DNA of 32,000 nucleotides from Candidatus Dwaynesavagella gallinarum (GCA_019120235.1 DWVN01000086.1:4335-36334), one strand, 5' to 3'. Numbered from the stretch's first letter, positions 1 to 10,646 are shown. Made by a program: numbers and translations. The notes: a model not told the origin generated them from the sequence alone.

Positions 1-150
1 ATGTTTTCTAATAAAAGAATTAATATTAATTTTAATGATGATAAAATTTATGTAGAAATTAATAGGAGACAAATTGATGTTTTAAATGAAGAACATACAG
101 CAAGATATTATTCAGATATTTATCCAAATAAGTATTATGTTATTTTTTAG
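1..150 (+). CDS. 3' end of an upstream gene, open at the window edge; product not identifiable
   Basis: Frame +1 is open from base 1 to TAG at 148-150 (49 codons). Synteny with Bacillus (comEC-holA-rpsT) suggests a comEC tail, but no motif supports that. Confidence 0.3.
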   Translation: MFSNKRININFNDDKIYVEINRRQIDVLNEEHTARYYSDIYPNKYYVIF

Positions 151-157
151 GAGTTTT

Positions 158-1174
158 ATGTTAAATTATAGTTCGCTTATGCAAGAATTAGAAAATATAA
201 AAAATTGTTATTTTATATATAGTTATGATTATGGATTAGTATTTAATTTTTTAAAAAAGGTAGAATCAAAAATAATTAATAAAGATCTTAGAGAGTTTAA
301 CTATATAACAATGAAATTTGATAATAATTTTAATGTTGAAGATTTTTTTGAAGTTTGTAATACAATCCCAATGATGCAAGATAAAAAAGTTGTTGTTTTA
401 GAAAATGCTACGTTTTTAAAAGGAGAAAATGAAAATAAAGAAGTTGTTAGTAAATTAAAGCAATATTTTGAAAATTTACCTACATATTGTGTTGTTATTA
501 TTTATTACGTTTTTCAAGAGCAGGAAAAGAATAAAGATTTATTGAGTAGTTTTTCCAAGTTTGGGGAAGTTTGTAAAATTCAAGAGCTTAAAGGAGAAGA
601 ATTTTATAAAGAAGTATTATCAATTTTCAAAAAATACGATGTATCGATAAAACCAAATTTAGTTAGATTTTTTTGTGACAGGGTTGTAAATGATTTTTTT
701 CACATAGAAAATGAGATTTTGAAGTTAAAGTCATTTATAAATGATAAAGAAGTTACAAAAGAAGATATAGAAGAGGTTGTCTCTAAAAGTTTTGAACATA
801 ATGTATTTATATTTATAAATAATGTTTTAGATAAAAACTTAAAAATATCTTTAAAAGTGTTAAAAGAACTTATTAGTAATGGTAAAGAATTAAATTATAT
901 ATTTTCAATGTTGACTAGTCAGTTTTTAAAATTTTTAGACGTGAAAATAATGCTTGTTTCAGGATTTGATAGCAGTGAAATAGCAAAAAAGACAAAAATT
1001 AATCAATATGTTTTAAAAAATTTTGTAAGGTTGTCAAACAAATATTCTTTAAATGAATTGATTAATATAATTGATGGATTTTTAAATATAGAACATAAAG
1101 TTAAAAAATCTAGTAATAGTGATATTGTTTATGAAATTGAAAATTACATAGTTACCATATGTTTAAAAAATTAA
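158..1174 (+). CDS. holA: DNA polymerase III subunit delta (HolA)
   Basis: Part of ORF 86-1174. I prefer ATG 158, preceded by AGGAG at 149-153. At 338 aa the size and helical C-terminal half fit HolA, and the position directly upstream of a convergent rpsT matches Bacillus. The sequence is weakly conserved, so the call leans on synteny. Confidence 0.7.
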   Translation: MLNYSSLMQELENIKNCYFIYSYDYGLVFNFLKKVESKIINKDLREFNYITMKFDNNFNVEDFFEVCNTIPMMQDKKVVVLENATFLKGENENKEVVSKLKQYFENLPTYCVVIIYYVFQEQEKNKDLLSSFSKFGEVCKIQELKGEEFYKEVLSIFKKYDVSIKPNLVRFFCDRVVNDFFHIENEILKLKSFINDKEVTKEDIEEVVSKSFEHNVFIFINNVLDKNLKISLKVLKELISNGKELNYIFSMLTSQFLKFLDVKIMLVSGFDSSEIAKKTKINQYVLKNFVRLSNKYSLNELINIIDGFLNIEHKVKKSSNSDIVYEIENYIVTICLKN

Positions 1175-1215
1175 AAAAATCTAATACCATTTTAACTAAT
1201 GGTATTAGATTTTTT
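1174..1215. terminator. Bidirectional rho-independent terminator between holA and rpsT
   Basis: AAAAAATCTAATACCA (1174-1189) pairs perfectly with TGGTATTAGATTTTTT (1200-1215) around a 10-nt loop. The A-run and T-run flanks allow it to work on both strands. Confidence 0.8.
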
Positions 1216-1480
1216 AAGCTTGAGCTTTATTTAATTTTAATGCTAATCTAGATTTTTTTCTAGCAGCTTTGTTTTTATGTAAAATTCCTTTAGATGCAGC
1301 CATATCTAGAGCTTTAGTAATTCTGCAAAATTCATCACTAGCTGAATTCACATCATTATTTTCTAGAGAAACTTCAAATTTCTTAATCATAGTTTTCAAA
1401 GCAGATTTTATCATCTGATTTCTCAAAGTTTTAGTTTGAGTAACTTTGATTCTTTTTTTAGCTGATTTTATATTTGCCAT
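1214..1480 (-). CDS. rpsT: 30S ribosomal protein S20
   Basis: 88 aa, starting [21 protein letters not shown]..., basic with the typical S20 N-terminus. SD AAGGATGGTG lies upstream on the minus strand. Confidence 0.95.
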   Translation of the reverse strand: MANIKSAKKRIKVTQTKTLRNQMIKSALKTMIKKFEVSLENNDVNSASDEFCRITKALDMAASKGILHKNKAARKKSRLALKLNKAQA

Positions 1481-1526
1481 AAAATTTTTTCACCATCCTT
1501 TAGATTCGAACACAAATAATACCTCC

Positions 1527-1555
1527 ACTATATCATTGTTTAATAATAAATTCAA
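1527..1555 (-). promoter_or_regulatory. Sigma-A type promoter for rpsT
   Basis: The minus strand reads TTGAAT (plus 1550-1555), a 17-nt spacer, then TATAGT (plus 1527-1532). Confidence 0.5.
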
Positions 1556-1638
1556 GTTATTATTAAATAATTTAAAAAAATTTACACAAAATAATACGGT
1601 GAATTTTTAAAAATGACTAAAATCTAAGGAGACAAGTT

Positions 1639-2598
1639 ATGAGTTATAAAGTTGAGGATAAAGATAATAAGCAAGAAAATGATTTAAATAAGATTTTTGA
1701 GGGAAATCCTGATATAGATTTTAAACAAATTGAAAAATTTAATGTAAAAATTTCTAAGATAAAAGTCAAAAATAAACGAGGAGAAAAGCTATTAGGAAAA
1801 AAAGTTGGATATTATTCTACACTCGAGTTACCGAAATTAACTTATTATGACGCTAATATGATGGACAAGATAAGTTTAATGTTTGGAGATGTATTAAAAG
1901 AATTTATAAGTATGGATTCGGATAAAACAGCTCTTGTTATAGGACTTGGAAATTGGAATGTAACTCCTGACTCCCTTGGACCTAAGGTTATTTCAAAATT
2001 ATTTGTAACGAGACATTTAAAGGAATATATGCCTGAATCTATAGGAAGTGATGTTTCATCTGTATGTGCTTTATCTCCAGGAGTTTTAGGTATAACTGGA
2101 ATTGAAACAAGTGAAATTGTAAAATCGTTAGTTGATAGAGTAAATCCTGATTATGTTATTTGTGTAGATTCGCTAGCCGCTAGAAAAGTTTCAAGACTTA
2201 ATACTACAATTCAAGTTGGAAGTACAGGAATAAATCCTGGAGCTGGAGTTAATAATCAAAGAACTCCTCTTAATGAAGAAACTTTAGGAGTTCCAGTTAT
2301 AGGTATTGGTATACCTACAGTTGTTGATGCGTTAACGATAGTTAGTGATAGTATTGATTCGATATTAAGAAATATTTTGAAAGATGTTGATGAAGAATAT
2401 ATAGAAAAAAATTTTTTGAATAATAATAAAATGGAAATTATAAGAAAAAATTTATCTTTGTGCATGGGAGAAATGATAGTAACCCCAAAAGATGTTGATG
2501 CAGTTATAGAATCAATGTCAAAAATGATTGCTATGGGTATAAATATTGCACTTCATCCGAATCTTGATATGGATAGTTTAAATAAATTTATAAATTAA
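1639..2598 (+). CDS. gpr: Germination protease GPR (spore endopeptidase)
   Basis: 319 aa with the GLGNWNVTPDSLGPKV motif typical of GPR, plus later VDSLAA and GINPGAG segments. AAGGAG SD at 1626-1631. The rpsT-gpr-spoIIP order is conserved. Confidence 0.9.
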   Translation: MSYKVEDKDNKQENDLNKIFEGNPDIDFKQIEKFNVKISKIKVKNKRGEKLLGKKVGYYSTLELPKLTYYDANMMDKISLMFGDVLKEFISMDSDKTALVIGLGNWNVTPDSLGPKVISKLFVTRHLKEYMPESIGSDVSSVCALSPGVLGITGIETSEIVKSLVDRVNPDYVICVDSLAARKVSRLNTTIQVGSTGINPGAGVNNQRTPLNEETLGVPVIGIGIPTVVDALTIVSDSIDSILRNILKDVDEEYIEKNFLNNNKMEIIRKNLSLCMGEMIVTPKDVDAVIESMSKMIAMGINIALHPNLDMDSLNKFIN

Positions 2599-2630
2599 AA
2601 AATAAAAAAAATAATAATAATAAAAAGAGA

Positions 2631-2659
2631 ACCTCCTCATATAATTTTTATGAGGGGGT
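2631..2659 (+). promoter_or_regulatory. Strong hairpin at the gpr-spoIIP junction whose 3' arm contains the spoIIP Shine-Dalgarno
   Basis: ACCTCCTCATA (2631-2641) pairs with TATGAGGGGGT (2649-2659), giving 11 bp with one G-U and a 7-nt loop. No U-tract follows. GAGGGGG (2652-2658) lies 9 nt upstream of ATG 2668. Confidence 0.55.
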
Positions 2660-2667
2660 TAAATTAA

Positions 2668-3669
2668 ATGCAACTCATGAAAAAAAATAAAATAACTTTT
2701 GGCGATTTTAAAGTTGTTGGAATTGTTTCAATAATTGCTATTATTATTTTATGGATAATATTAAAGACGTATATTGTTTATTTTAATATTTCTGGAAACT
2801 CAAATTATGCTTATATTTCGATACTTAAACAAAATTACATACCATCATTTGATGATAATTATTTTGAAAATTCTAAGGATACATTTTTTAGAGATGTTAA
2901 AAATATTTTGGGAATAAATATATTAAATCCAATTTCTATAATTGAAAAAGAAATTAACATAATGAAATCTACATATGTTGATGAAAGTAAATTGTCTTCA
3001 AATATGTATAATGAATTAGATGATGTTATAAATGACAGTAAAAATAATACTTCTGTATCTAGAAGTTATAGCGATAGAAAAATTAGAATTCTTATATATC
3101 ATACTCATACAACAGAGGCCTTTAAACCTGCTAATAATGATTCGTTTTATGAGCAGTATAATATAGTTGGAATCGGTGATGTTTTAAAGAAAGAATTAGA
3201 GAAAAATTACAATGTGGAAGTTATACATGATAAAACTATACACAATACTACATATATAGAAAGTTATAAAAGATCTGGAGAAACTCTTGATAAATATTTA
3301 TCTGAAATAGAAGATTTTGATTTAATATTGGATCTGCATAGAGATTCTTTGGATAATAAAAAACTTGTTACAACAAATATAGATGGTAAAGATGTTGCTA
3401 AAATAATGCTTGTTGTTGCTAAAAATAATCCTAATTATTTGGAAAATGAGGAATTAGCTATTGATTTAACTAGTTTGGCAAATGATTTGTATCCAGGATT
3501 TGCAAGAAGTGTTTTCTATTATGAAAGAGGTAGTAATGCATTTAATCAAACCAAATCTTCAAAACTTGCGTTGATTGAGATAGGTGCTCAGCTTAATAAT
3601 GTTGAAGAAGCTATAAATTCTGCAAAATTATTAGCTACAGTTATAGGTGAATATTTTGTACAAGATTAA
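2668..3669 (+). CDS. spoIIP: Stage II sporulation protein P (SpoIIP)
   Basis: 333 aa with an N-terminal TM segment. It carries the ILIYHTHTTEAF and LDLHRDS motifs characteristic of the SpoIIP amidase/peptidase family, and sits downstream of gpr. Confidence 0.85.
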   Translation: MQLMKKNKITFGDFKVVGIVSIIAIIILWIILKTYIVYFNISGNSNYAYISILKQNYIPSFDDNYFENSKDTFFRDVKNILGINILNPISIIEKEINIMKSTYVDESKLSSNMYNELDDVINDSKNNTSVSRSYSDRKIRILIYHTHTTEAFKPANNDSFYEQYNIVGIGDVLKKELEKNYNVEVIHDKTIHNTTYIESYKRSGETLDKYLSEIEDFDLILDLHRDSLDNKKLVTTNIDGKDVAKIMLVVAKNNPNYLENEELAIDLTSLANDLYPGFARSVFYYERGSNAFNQTKSSKLALIEIGAQLNNVEEAINSAKLLATVIGEYFVQD

Positions 3670-3736
3670 TTATATTGACAAAAAATGGTATAAAAATATA
3701 TTTGAAATGACATTATCTAAATATATAAATATTTGG

Positions 3737-4045
3737 ATGGTGTCATTTATGTTTTTTAAGGGGAAGAAATTTAAATATACGTCAGGAATATTATTGTTTA
3801 TTTTTGTTTTTGTTATTGGATTTGTTAAGATGAATATTGTTTATTCTTCTACAGGAATAGGAAGTAGTGTATCAACTCAAAAAATTGAATTTTATGAAGA
3901 CGATGATAGCATAGATACTTTTTCTGATATTAAGGATAATGCTTTTATTAGAATTTATAAGGAAGATTACGGATTTGATGTTGTTTTAAATATGTTTAAT
4001 GAGGAAAAAACTTTTAGTTTAAAATTACCTTGGAAAAATAATTAA
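3737..4045 (+). CDS. Small membrane protein in the YqxA position (DUF3679-like?); start uncertain
   Basis: Part of ORF 3647-4045, whose first 23 nt overlap the spoIIP 3' end. Candidate starts are ATG 3707, 3737 and 3749. One TM helix (ILLFIFVFVIGFV). It occupies the slot of yqxA between spoIIP and lepA in B. subtilis. Homology was not verifiable by eye. Confidence 0.4.
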   Translation: MVSFMFFKGKKFKYTSGILLFIFVFVIGFVKMNIVYSSTGIGSSVSTQKIEFYEDDDSIDTFSDIKDNAFIRIYKEDYGFDVVLNMFNEEKTFSLKLPWKNN

Positions 4046-4083
4046 AAAAATTTAAAATGGTATTAATTTTTAGAATTGTATAG

Positions 4084-4092
4084 TGTTATAAT
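4084..4092 (+). promoter_or_regulatory. Extended -10 promoter element upstream of lepA
   Basis: TGTTATAAT (TGnTATAAT) lies about 40 nt upstream of the lepA start. No good -35 was seen. Confidence 0.4.
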
Positions 4093-4132
4093 GAACAAAT
4101 GTATATTTATCGAATTGTAGGTGGTTTTTTAT

Positions 4133-5941
4133 ATGGATAATGAAAAACAGAGTTATATAAGAAATTTTTGTATAATAGCTCATATAGATCATGGAAAGTC
4201 TACGTTAGCAGATAGATTGATTGAAATTACAGGTACTTTAACTAAAAGAGAAATGGAAGAGCAAGTTCTTGATAATATGGAATTAGAAAAAGAGAGAGGA
4301 ATAACTATTAAGTCTCAAGCTGTAAGACTTATATATAATAGTCCAGTTGACGGTAAAGAGTACATATTGAATTTAATAGATACACCAGGACATGTGGATT
4401 TTAATTATGAAGTATCTAGAAGTTTAGCAGCATGTGAAGGAGCGTTACTGGTGGTTGATGCTAGTCAAGGTGTTCAAGCACAAACTTTGGCTAATTGTTA
4501 TTTGGCATCTGACGCAGGGTTAGAAGTGGTACCTGTTTTAAATAAAGTTGATTTACCAAATCAAAGAACAGAAGAAGTTAGGTTGGAGATTGAGGAAGTA
4601 ATAGGAATTGAAGCTGAAGATGCACCAGCAATATCAGCGAAAACAGGACTTAATATTCAAGATGTTTTGGAAGTAATAGTTAGAAAAATTCCACAGCCTG
4701 ATGGAGATACTAATGATTCATTAAAAGCATTGGTTTTTGATTCAATGTATGACTCTTATAAAGGGGTAATTTGTTATATAAGAGTTAAAGAAGGATATAT
4801 AAAGCCTCAAATGAAGATAAAGTTTATGGCATCTAATAAGGAATATGAAGTTACAGAAGTTGGTATTTTTACACCTAATTATAAACAGGTTGATATGTTG
4901 CAGGCGGGAGAAGTGGGATATGTTACTGCAGCAATAAAAAATGTTAAAGATGCAAGAGTTGGTGATACTATAACTTCTGTTGAAAATCCAGCGCAAGAAC
5001 CTTTAGAAGGTTATAAGTCTGTTGTTCCGACTGTATTTAGTGGAATTTATCCTATAGTTGGAGATAAATATGAAGAACTCAAGGAAGCTCTTGAAAAACT
5101 TCAGTTGAATGATGCTTCTTTAATATTTGAACCTGAAACTTCTCTTGCACTTGGTTTTGGATTTAGATGTGGTTTTTTAGGTTTACTACATATGGAAATA
5201 ATTCAAGAAAGATTGGAGAGAGAATTTAATTTAGATATTATAATTACTGCTCCATCTGTTATATATAAAATTCAGAAAACTTCTGGAGAAGTTATTGAGG
5301 TTACAAATCCATACAATATGCCTAAAGCTACAGAGATACAATTTACTGAAGAGCCTATTGTTAAGGCTACAATAATAACACCTTCAGATTTTGTTGGAGG
5401 AGTAATGGAATTGTGTCAAGGAAAACGTTCAACATTTTTAGATATGCAGTATTTAGATACTAGTAGAGTGATTTTAAAATATATAATTCCTCTAAATGAA
5501 ATAATATATGATTTTTTTGATACTTTAAAATCTAAAACTAAAGGTTATGCTTCATTTGATTATGAGTTAGATGGGTATCAGCAAACAAAGCTAGTTAAAT
5601 TAGATATATTGTTAAACGGAGAACCTATAGATGCTTTATCAATGATAGTTCCACAGGAAAAAGCTTATCAAAGAGGTAAAATGATAGCAGAAAAATTGAA
5701 AAATGTTATACCAAGACAGTTGTTTGAAATACCTATTCAAGCTGCGATAGGTGCTAAAATAATTGCACGTGAAACTGTTAGAGCTGTTAGAAAAGATGTT
5801 TTAGCTAAATGTTACGGTGGAGATATAACAAGAAAGAAAAAATTATTAGAAAAACAAAAAGAAGGTAAAAAGAGGATGAAACAGGTGGGATCTGTTGATA
5901 TACCACAAGAAGCGTTTATGTCTGTTTTAAAGGTTGATTAG
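4133..5941 (+). CDS. lepA: Elongation factor 4 (LepA)
   Basis: The sequence [34 protein letters not shown] and a lysine-rich C-terminal tail fit LepA. I prefer ATG 4133 (SD AGGTGG at 4119-4124) over the GTG at 4121 in the ORF track. Confidence 0.97.
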   Translation: MDNEKQSYIRNFCIIAHIDHGKSTLADRLIEITGTLTKREMEEQVLDNMELEKERGITIKSQAVRLIYNSPVDGKEYILNLIDTPGHVDFNYEVSRSLAACEGALLVVDASQGVQAQTLANCYLASDAGLEVVPVLNKVDLPNQRTEEVRLEIEEVIGIEAEDAPAISAKTGLNIQDVLEVIVRKIPQPDGDTNDSLKALVFDSMYDSYKGVICYIRVKEGYIKPQMKIKFMASNKEYEVTEVGIFTPNYKQVDMLQAGEVGYVTAAIKNVKDARVGDTITSVENPAQEPLEGYKSVVPTVFSGIYPIVGDKYEELKEALEKLQLNDASLIFEPETSLALGFGFRCGFLGLLHMEIIQERLEREFNLDIIITAPSVIYKIQKTSGEVIEVTNPYNMPKATEIQFTEEPIVKATIITPSDFVGGVMELCQGKRSTFLDMQYLDTSRVILKYIIPLNEIIYDFFDTLKSKTKGYASFDYELDGYQQTKLVKLDILLNGEPIDALSMIVPQEKAYQRGKMIAEKLKNVIPRQLFEIPIQAAIGAKIIARETVRAVRKDVLAKCYGGDITRKKKLLEKQKEGKKRMKQVGSVDIPQEAFMSVLKVD

Positions 5942-5944
5942 TTT

Positions 5945-7066
5945 ATGATAGGATTGTATGTTCATATACCGTTTTGCAGTAAAAAATGTTATTATTGTGA
6001 TTTTGCATCTTATGAAAAAGTGGAATATTTAATGGATGAATATGTTGATGCAGTATTAAGCGAGCTTGATAAATATAAACAAGAGAAATTTGATACTGTT
6101 TTTATAGGTGGTGGAACTCCTAGTTATTTAGAAGAAAAGAATTTAGAAAAATTATTACGTGGTATTTCTAGTAGGTTGAAAGATTCTAATATTTTAGAAT
6201 TTACAATTGAATGTAATCCAGGAACTATTAACTATGAAAAACTAAATATTATGAAAAGCTATGGAGTTAATAGATTAAGTATAGGGATGCAAAGTGCTAA
6301 TGATGATACCTTAAAATTTATAGGTAGAGTACATAGTTTTGATGAATTTGATAAAGCATTTAATTGTGTGCATAGAGTTGGATTTGAAAATATAAATGTT
6401 GATTTGATTTTTGCTATACCGTGTGAAACGATTGAAAATTACAAAAATACTTTAGATATAGTAAAATCTTATGATTTAGCTCATATATCCGCATATAATT
6501 TGATTTTAGAAAAAAATACAGAATTTTATAGGAAGTACAAAGAAAATAAATTTAAAGAATTAGATGAAGATATTCAACTTAATATGTACAAATATACAAA
6601 GTTTTTTTTAGAAAACATTGGTTTTAAACAGTATGAAATTTCAAATTATGCTAAAAACGGGAAGAAGTGTTTACATAATTTGATATATTGGAATTTTGAT
6701 GATTATGTAGGAATTGGAGTTTCTGCACATTCGTTTTATAAAGGAATTAGGTTTGAAAATACTAGAAATATATACGAGTATGTAAAAATGTTTAAAGATA
6801 ATAATCATGTTTATTCTAAAATGTATAAAAATTCTTTAGATGATAATATTGAAGAATATGTTGTGCTTGGATTAAGAAAAAATGAAGGTATTAATATTAT
6901 AGAATTTGAGAAAAGATTTGGAATAAACTTATTTAAGATTTTTGAAAATCAAATAAAAAAATATACTGAAAATCGTTTGTTAAAGATTGAAGATGGAAGA
7001 GTATTTTTAACATCAGAAGGTATTGTTTTAATGAATTACATTTTAAAAGATTTTATTTTTGAATAA
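5945..7066 (+). CDS. hemW: Radical SAM heme chaperone HemW (HemN-like, oxygen-independent coproporphyrinogen oxidase family)
   Basis: 373 aa. It begins YVHIPFCSKKCYYCDF (CxxxCxxC radical SAM cluster) and contains GGGTPS. The position after lepA is conserved. Confidence 0.9.
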   Translation: MIGLYVHIPFCSKKCYYCDFASYEKVEYLMDEYVDAVLSELDKYKQEKFDTVFIGGGTPSYLEEKNLEKLLRGISSRLKDSNILEFTIECNPGTINYEKLNIMKSYGVNRLSIGMQSANDDTLKFIGRVHSFDEFDKAFNCVHRVGFENINVDLIFAIPCETIENYKNTLDIVKSYDLAHISAYNLILEKNTEFYRKYKENKFKELDEDIQLNMYKYTKFFLENIGFKQYEISNYAKNGKKCLHNLIYWNFDDYVGIGVSAHSFYKGIRFENTRNIYEYVKMFKDNNHVYSKMYKNSLDDNIEEYVVLGLRKNEGINIIEFEKRFGINLFKIFENQIKKYTENRLLKIEDGRVFLTSEGIVLMNYILKDFIFE

Positions 7067-7071
7067 AAAAT

Positions 7072-7100
7072 TTGACAAATTTGATTTAAAGTGTTATTTT
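7072..7100 (+). promoter_or_regulatory. Sigma-A promoter of the hrcA-grpE-dnaK-dnaJ operon
   Basis: TTGACA (7072-7077), a 17-nt spacer, then TATTTT (7095-7100) preceded by TGT in extended -10 format. Confidence 0.65.
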
Positions 7101-7112
7101 ATTCTCAAGCCA

Positions 7113-7139
7113 TTAGCACTCAAAAATATAGAGTGCTAA
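7113..7139 (+). promoter_or_regulatory. CIRCE operator (HrcA binding site)
   Basis: TTAGCACTC-N9-GAGTGCTAA is a perfect match to the CIRCE consensus inverted repeat. It lies between the promoter and the hrcA start. Confidence 0.97.
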
Positions 7140-7158
7140 CAAAAAGGGGTTAATTGAT

Positions 7159-8175
7159 ATGGATGAGAGAAAAACTAAAATATTGTATTCAATAATTCAG
7201 GATTTTATATGTACTGGTGAACCGGTAGGATCTAGAACGTTATCTAAAAAATATAATTTAGGTGTAAGTTCAGCAACTATTCGTAATGAAATGTCGGATT
7301 TAGAAGAATTAGGTTTTTTAGAACAAGTTCATACTTCTTCTGGGAGAAGACCATCGAATAAAGGATATAGACTATATGTTGATAAATTGATGATACCTGC
7401 TCAAATAACTAAACAAGAGGAATTATATATTAAATCTGATTTGATGAACTTAGATATATTTGATATTGAAAATGTTCTTAAATCTAAATTAGCTCTCATT
7501 TCTAAATTGACAAATTTGGCTTGTATATTAAAAATACCGTCGGTTATGAAGAATTCTATAAAATCAGTTCAATTTATTAAAATTGATCATAGAAATTTGT
7601 TGGTTGTAATTGTGACAAATGAAGGTATTATAAGGAATAGTGTAATTAGGGTCAGAGATTTTATTTCAAATAATGATATAGAAATAATTAATAAAATAGT
7701 TAATGAAAATTTAGCATGTTGTACTGTTGAAGATGTTAGTGTAGATGTTATAAATAGGGTTAAATCTGCTCTGAAATTGAATGGATATGTTTTTGATCAA
7801 GTTATTACTATTTTGTATGATGTATTTAAAGATGATAAAGGTAGTGAATGCTACATAGAAGGAGTTAATAATATTTTAAATTATCCTGAATTTAGTGATA
7901 TTGATAAGGTGAAGAGTTTTTTGTGTTTTCTTGATAATAGAGGAAAGTTTGAGTCATTGTTGAATTGTAACAAAGAAGATGATCTCGAAATAAGAATTGG
8001 AGATGAAAATTATGTAGAAGAAGCACAAAATTATAGTATTGTTTTAGGAAATTATAAAAAGAATTCGAAAGTTTTAGGCACTATAGGTATTATTGGGCCA
8101 ACAAGAATGAATTATTCTAAGATAGTATCCATACTTAGGTCTTTAATAGACTTTATAAATTCAAGTATAGATTAA
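7159..8175 (+). CDS. hrcA: Heat-inducible transcription repressor HrcA
   Basis: 338 aa. The N-terminus RKTKILYSIIQDFICTGEPVGSRTLSKKYNLGVSSATIRNEMSDLEELGFL is a typical HrcA winged helix. Confidence 0.93.
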   Translation: MDERKTKILYSIIQDFICTGEPVGSRTLSKKYNLGVSSATIRNEMSDLEELGFLEQVHTSSGRRPSNKGYRLYVDKLMIPAQITKQEELYIKSDLMNLDIFDIENVLKSKLALISKLTNLACILKIPSVMKNSIKSVQFIKIDHRNLLVVIVTNEGIIRNSVIRVRDFISNNDIEIINKIVNENLACCTVEDVSVDVINRVKSALKLNGYVFDQVITILYDVFKDDKGSECYIEGVNNILNYPEFSDIDKVKSFLCFLDNRGKFESLLNCNKEDDLEIRIGDENYVEEAQNYSIVLGNYKKNSKVLGTIGIIGPTRMNYSKIVSILRSLIDFINSSID

Positions 8176-8201
8176 GTTAGTTTTTTGGAGGTGTTTTTAA
8201 T

Positions 8202-8771
8202 TTGATAGATGAGAAGGATTTTTTATCTTCTTCTGAATTGGGTCATGATGAACATGATGAAATAGAGGGAAAAAAAATAGATTCTTCAGATGAGGAAGAA
8301 ACTGATATTGAATCGTGTTCTATTGCTGATTTAGAAGAAAAAAATTCGGAATTAAAGTGTGAAATAGAAGATTTAAAAAATAGATTTTTGAGAGTTAGTG
8401 CGGAGTATGATAACTATAGAAAACGTACTTTACGTGAGAAAAGCGAGTTATATGGAGATGCGTGTTTAGATATTATAGTCCAAATTTTACCAATTCTTGA
8501 CAATTTAGAAAGAGCTAATTCTGTTGAAGCTGATTTAGATTCTTTTAAAAAAGGTATTGGTATGGTGATAAATCTGTTTTATGATATTTTACAAAAATTA
8601 GGAGTGAAAGAAATAGATTCAACAGGCAAGTTTGATCCTAATTTACATGAGGCGGTTGCTCATATTTCTGATGAAAGTTTAGAAAAAAATACAATAGTTG
8701 AGGTTTTACAAAAAGGATATCTTAGAAATGATAAAGTCGTTAGACATAGTATGGTAAAAGTTGCTAATTAA
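8202..8771 (+). CDS. grpE: Nucleotide exchange factor GrpE
   Basis: 189 aa with a TTG start and GGAGGTG SD at 8186-8192. It has an acidic N-terminus and RVSAEYDNYRKRTLREK, followed by a C-terminal beta domain. Confidence 0.92.
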   Translation: MIDEKDFLSSSELGHDEHDEIEGKKIDSSDEEETDIESCSIADLEEKNSELKCEIEDLKNRFLRVSAEYDNYRKRTLREKSELYGDACLDIIVQILPILDNLERANSVEADLDSFKKGIGMVINLFYDILQKLGVKEIDSTGKFDPNLHEAVAHISDESLEKNTIVEVLQKGYLRNDKVVRHSMVKVAN

Positions 8772-8818
8772 TTGGGAATTAGCATTTTAAAAATTAATAT
8801 TAATTTGGAGGTTTGTTT

Positions 8819-10639
8819 ATGGGAAAAGTTATAGGTATTGATTTAGGTACTACTAATTCGTGTGTTGCTGTTATGGAAGGTGGAGAACCAGTAGTAATTC
8901 CGAATTCAGAAGGTGGAAGAACAACGCCTTCAGTAGTTTCTTTTCAAGCAAATGGAGAGAGATTAGTTGGTCAGGTTGCTAAGAGACAGTCGATTACTAA
9001 TCCTGATAAGACAATTATTTCGATTAAGAGACATATGGGAACTGATTATAAGGTTGATATCGACGGGAAAAAATATTCTCCACAAGAAATATCATCAATG
9101 ATACTTCAAAAAATTAAAGCTGATGCTGAGGCGTATTTAGGAGAAACAGTTACTCAAGCGGTTATAACAGTTCCAGCTTATTTTAATGATAGTCAAAGAC
9201 AAGCAACAAAGGATGCAGGTAAAATTGCAGGACTTGAAGTGTTAAGAATAATAAATGAACCAACAGCAGCTTCACTTGCGTATGGAATAGATAAAACATC
9301 AACACAAGAAAAAATATTAGTTTATGATTTGGGTGGAGGTACTTTTGATGTATCTATTTTAGAACTTGGAGATGGAGTATTTGAAGTTCTTGCTACTAAT
9401 GGAGATACTTTTCTTGGAGGAGATGATTTTGATCAGAAAATAATCGATTATATAGCAAGTGATTTTAAATCAAATACAGGTATTGATTTGAAAAATGATA
9501 AGATGGCTCTTCAAAGATTGAAAGAGGCTGCTGAAAAAGCAAAGATAGAGTTGTCATCATCACAACAAACAAATATAAATCTTCCTTTTATTACTGCTGA
9601 TTCAAGTGGACCAAAGCATATTGAAATGACACTTACAAGGTCTAAATTTAATGAAATAACTTTAGATCTTGTAAATAGAACGTTAGAGCCTATGAAAAAA
9701 GCTTTACAAGATGCTGGACTTCAAATAGGAGATATAAATAAAGTTGTTTTAGTAGGTGGATCTACAAGAATACCTGCTATTCAAGAGGCAGTTAAGAATT
9801 TTACAGGTAAAGATCCTTCAAAGGGAGTTAATCCAGATGAGTGTGTAGCTGTTGGAGCGGCTATTCAAGGTGGAATATTAGGGGGAGATTATGACAATAC
9901 AAATTTACTTTTGTTAGATGTTACACCACTTAGTTTGGGTATAGAAACTTTGGGAGGAGTTTCTACCGTTATTATTGAAAGAAACACAACAATACCTGTT
10001 ACTAAGAGTCAAGTTTTTTCTACAGCAGCAGATAATCAGACTTCTGTTGAAATTCACATTGTACAAGGTGAAAGACAGATGGCTGCAGATAATAAAACTC
10101 TTGGTAGATTTACTCTTTCAGGAATACCTCCAGCTCCTAGAGGAATACCTCAGATTGAAGTTACTTATGATATAGATGCTAATGGTATAGTTAAAGTTAG
10201 TGCTATGGATAAATCAACAGGTAAAAAAGCTGATATAACAATAACTGCTACGACTAATTTAAGTGACGAAGAAATTGATAAAGCTGTTAAAGAAGCAGAA
10301 AAGTATGCGGAAGAAGATAAAAAGAGAAAAGAAAGTATTGAAATAAGAAATACAGCTGAAACTTCTGTTTATCAAATAGAGAATTCTTTAAAAGAGTTTG
10401 GGGACAAAGTTGATGCAAATGAAAAAGCAGAAATAGAAAATAAGATTAAAGTTTTAAAAGACTCTTTAAATGGTGATGATTTAGAGAATATAAAGAAAGC
10501 TCAAGAAGATTTGACACAGTCATTTTATGCACTATCTACAAAAATGTATCAGCAAAATGCTTCAAATGGTAATGAAACATCTGAAAATAATCAACAAACT
10601 TATGAAGCGACAGATTATAAAGTTGAAGATAGTGAATAG
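8819..10639 (+). CDS. dnaK: Molecular chaperone DnaK (Hsp70)
   Basis: [27 protein letters not shown] and [13 protein letters not shown] are Hsp70 signatures. I prefer ATG 8819 (GGAGG at 8807-8811) over TTG 8813. Confidence 0.99.
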   Translation: MGKVIGIDLGTTNSCVAVMEGGEPVVIPNSEGGRTTPSVVSFQANGERLVGQVAKRQSITNPDKTIISIKRHMGTDYKVDIDGKKYSPQEISSMILQKIKADAEAYLGETVTQAVITVPAYFNDSQRQATKDAGKIAGLEVLRIINEPTAASLAYGIDKTSTQEKILVYDLGGGTFDVSILELGDGVFEVLATNGDTFLGGDDFDQKIIDYIASDFKSNTGIDLKNDKMALQRLKEAAEKAKIELSSSQQTNINLPFITADSSGPKHIEMTLTRSKFNEITLDLVNRTLEPMKKALQDAGLQIGDINKVVLVGGSTRIPAIQEAVKNFTGKDPSKGVNPDECVAVGAAIQGGILGGDYDNTNLLLLDVTPLSLGIETLGGVSTVIIERNTTIPVTKSQVFSTAADNQTSVEIHIVQGERQMAADNKTLGRFTLSGIPPAPRGIPQIEVTYDIDANGIVKVSAMDKSTGKKADITITATTNLSDEEIDKAVKEAEKYAEEDKKRKESIEIRNTAETSVYQIENSLKEFGDKVDANEKAEIENKIKVLKDSLNGDDLENIKKAQEDLTQSFYALSTKMYQQNASNGNETSENNQQTYEATDYKVEDSE

Positions 10640-10646
10640 TTTTTTA

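Noticed and set aside
86-157. 5' extension of holA (likewise 15931-15957 for prmA, 25120-25146 for the TPR gene, 28240-28272 for GT4, 4121-4132 for lepA and 8813-8818 for dnaK)
   Set aside because: The internal ATGs have properly spaced SD sequences and give N-termini matching the conserved families. The extensions overlap upstream genes or lack an SD.
1560-1638. A forespore sigma-F/sigma-G promoter upstream of gpr, and similarly upstream of pdaA at 31461-31574
   Set aside because: I could not find a convincing G-H-A-T-R / C-A-H-W-H-T-A-H pair at 17-18 nt spacing. GCATA occurs upstream of pdaA on the minus strand, but no CA-type -10 follows it. No call was made.
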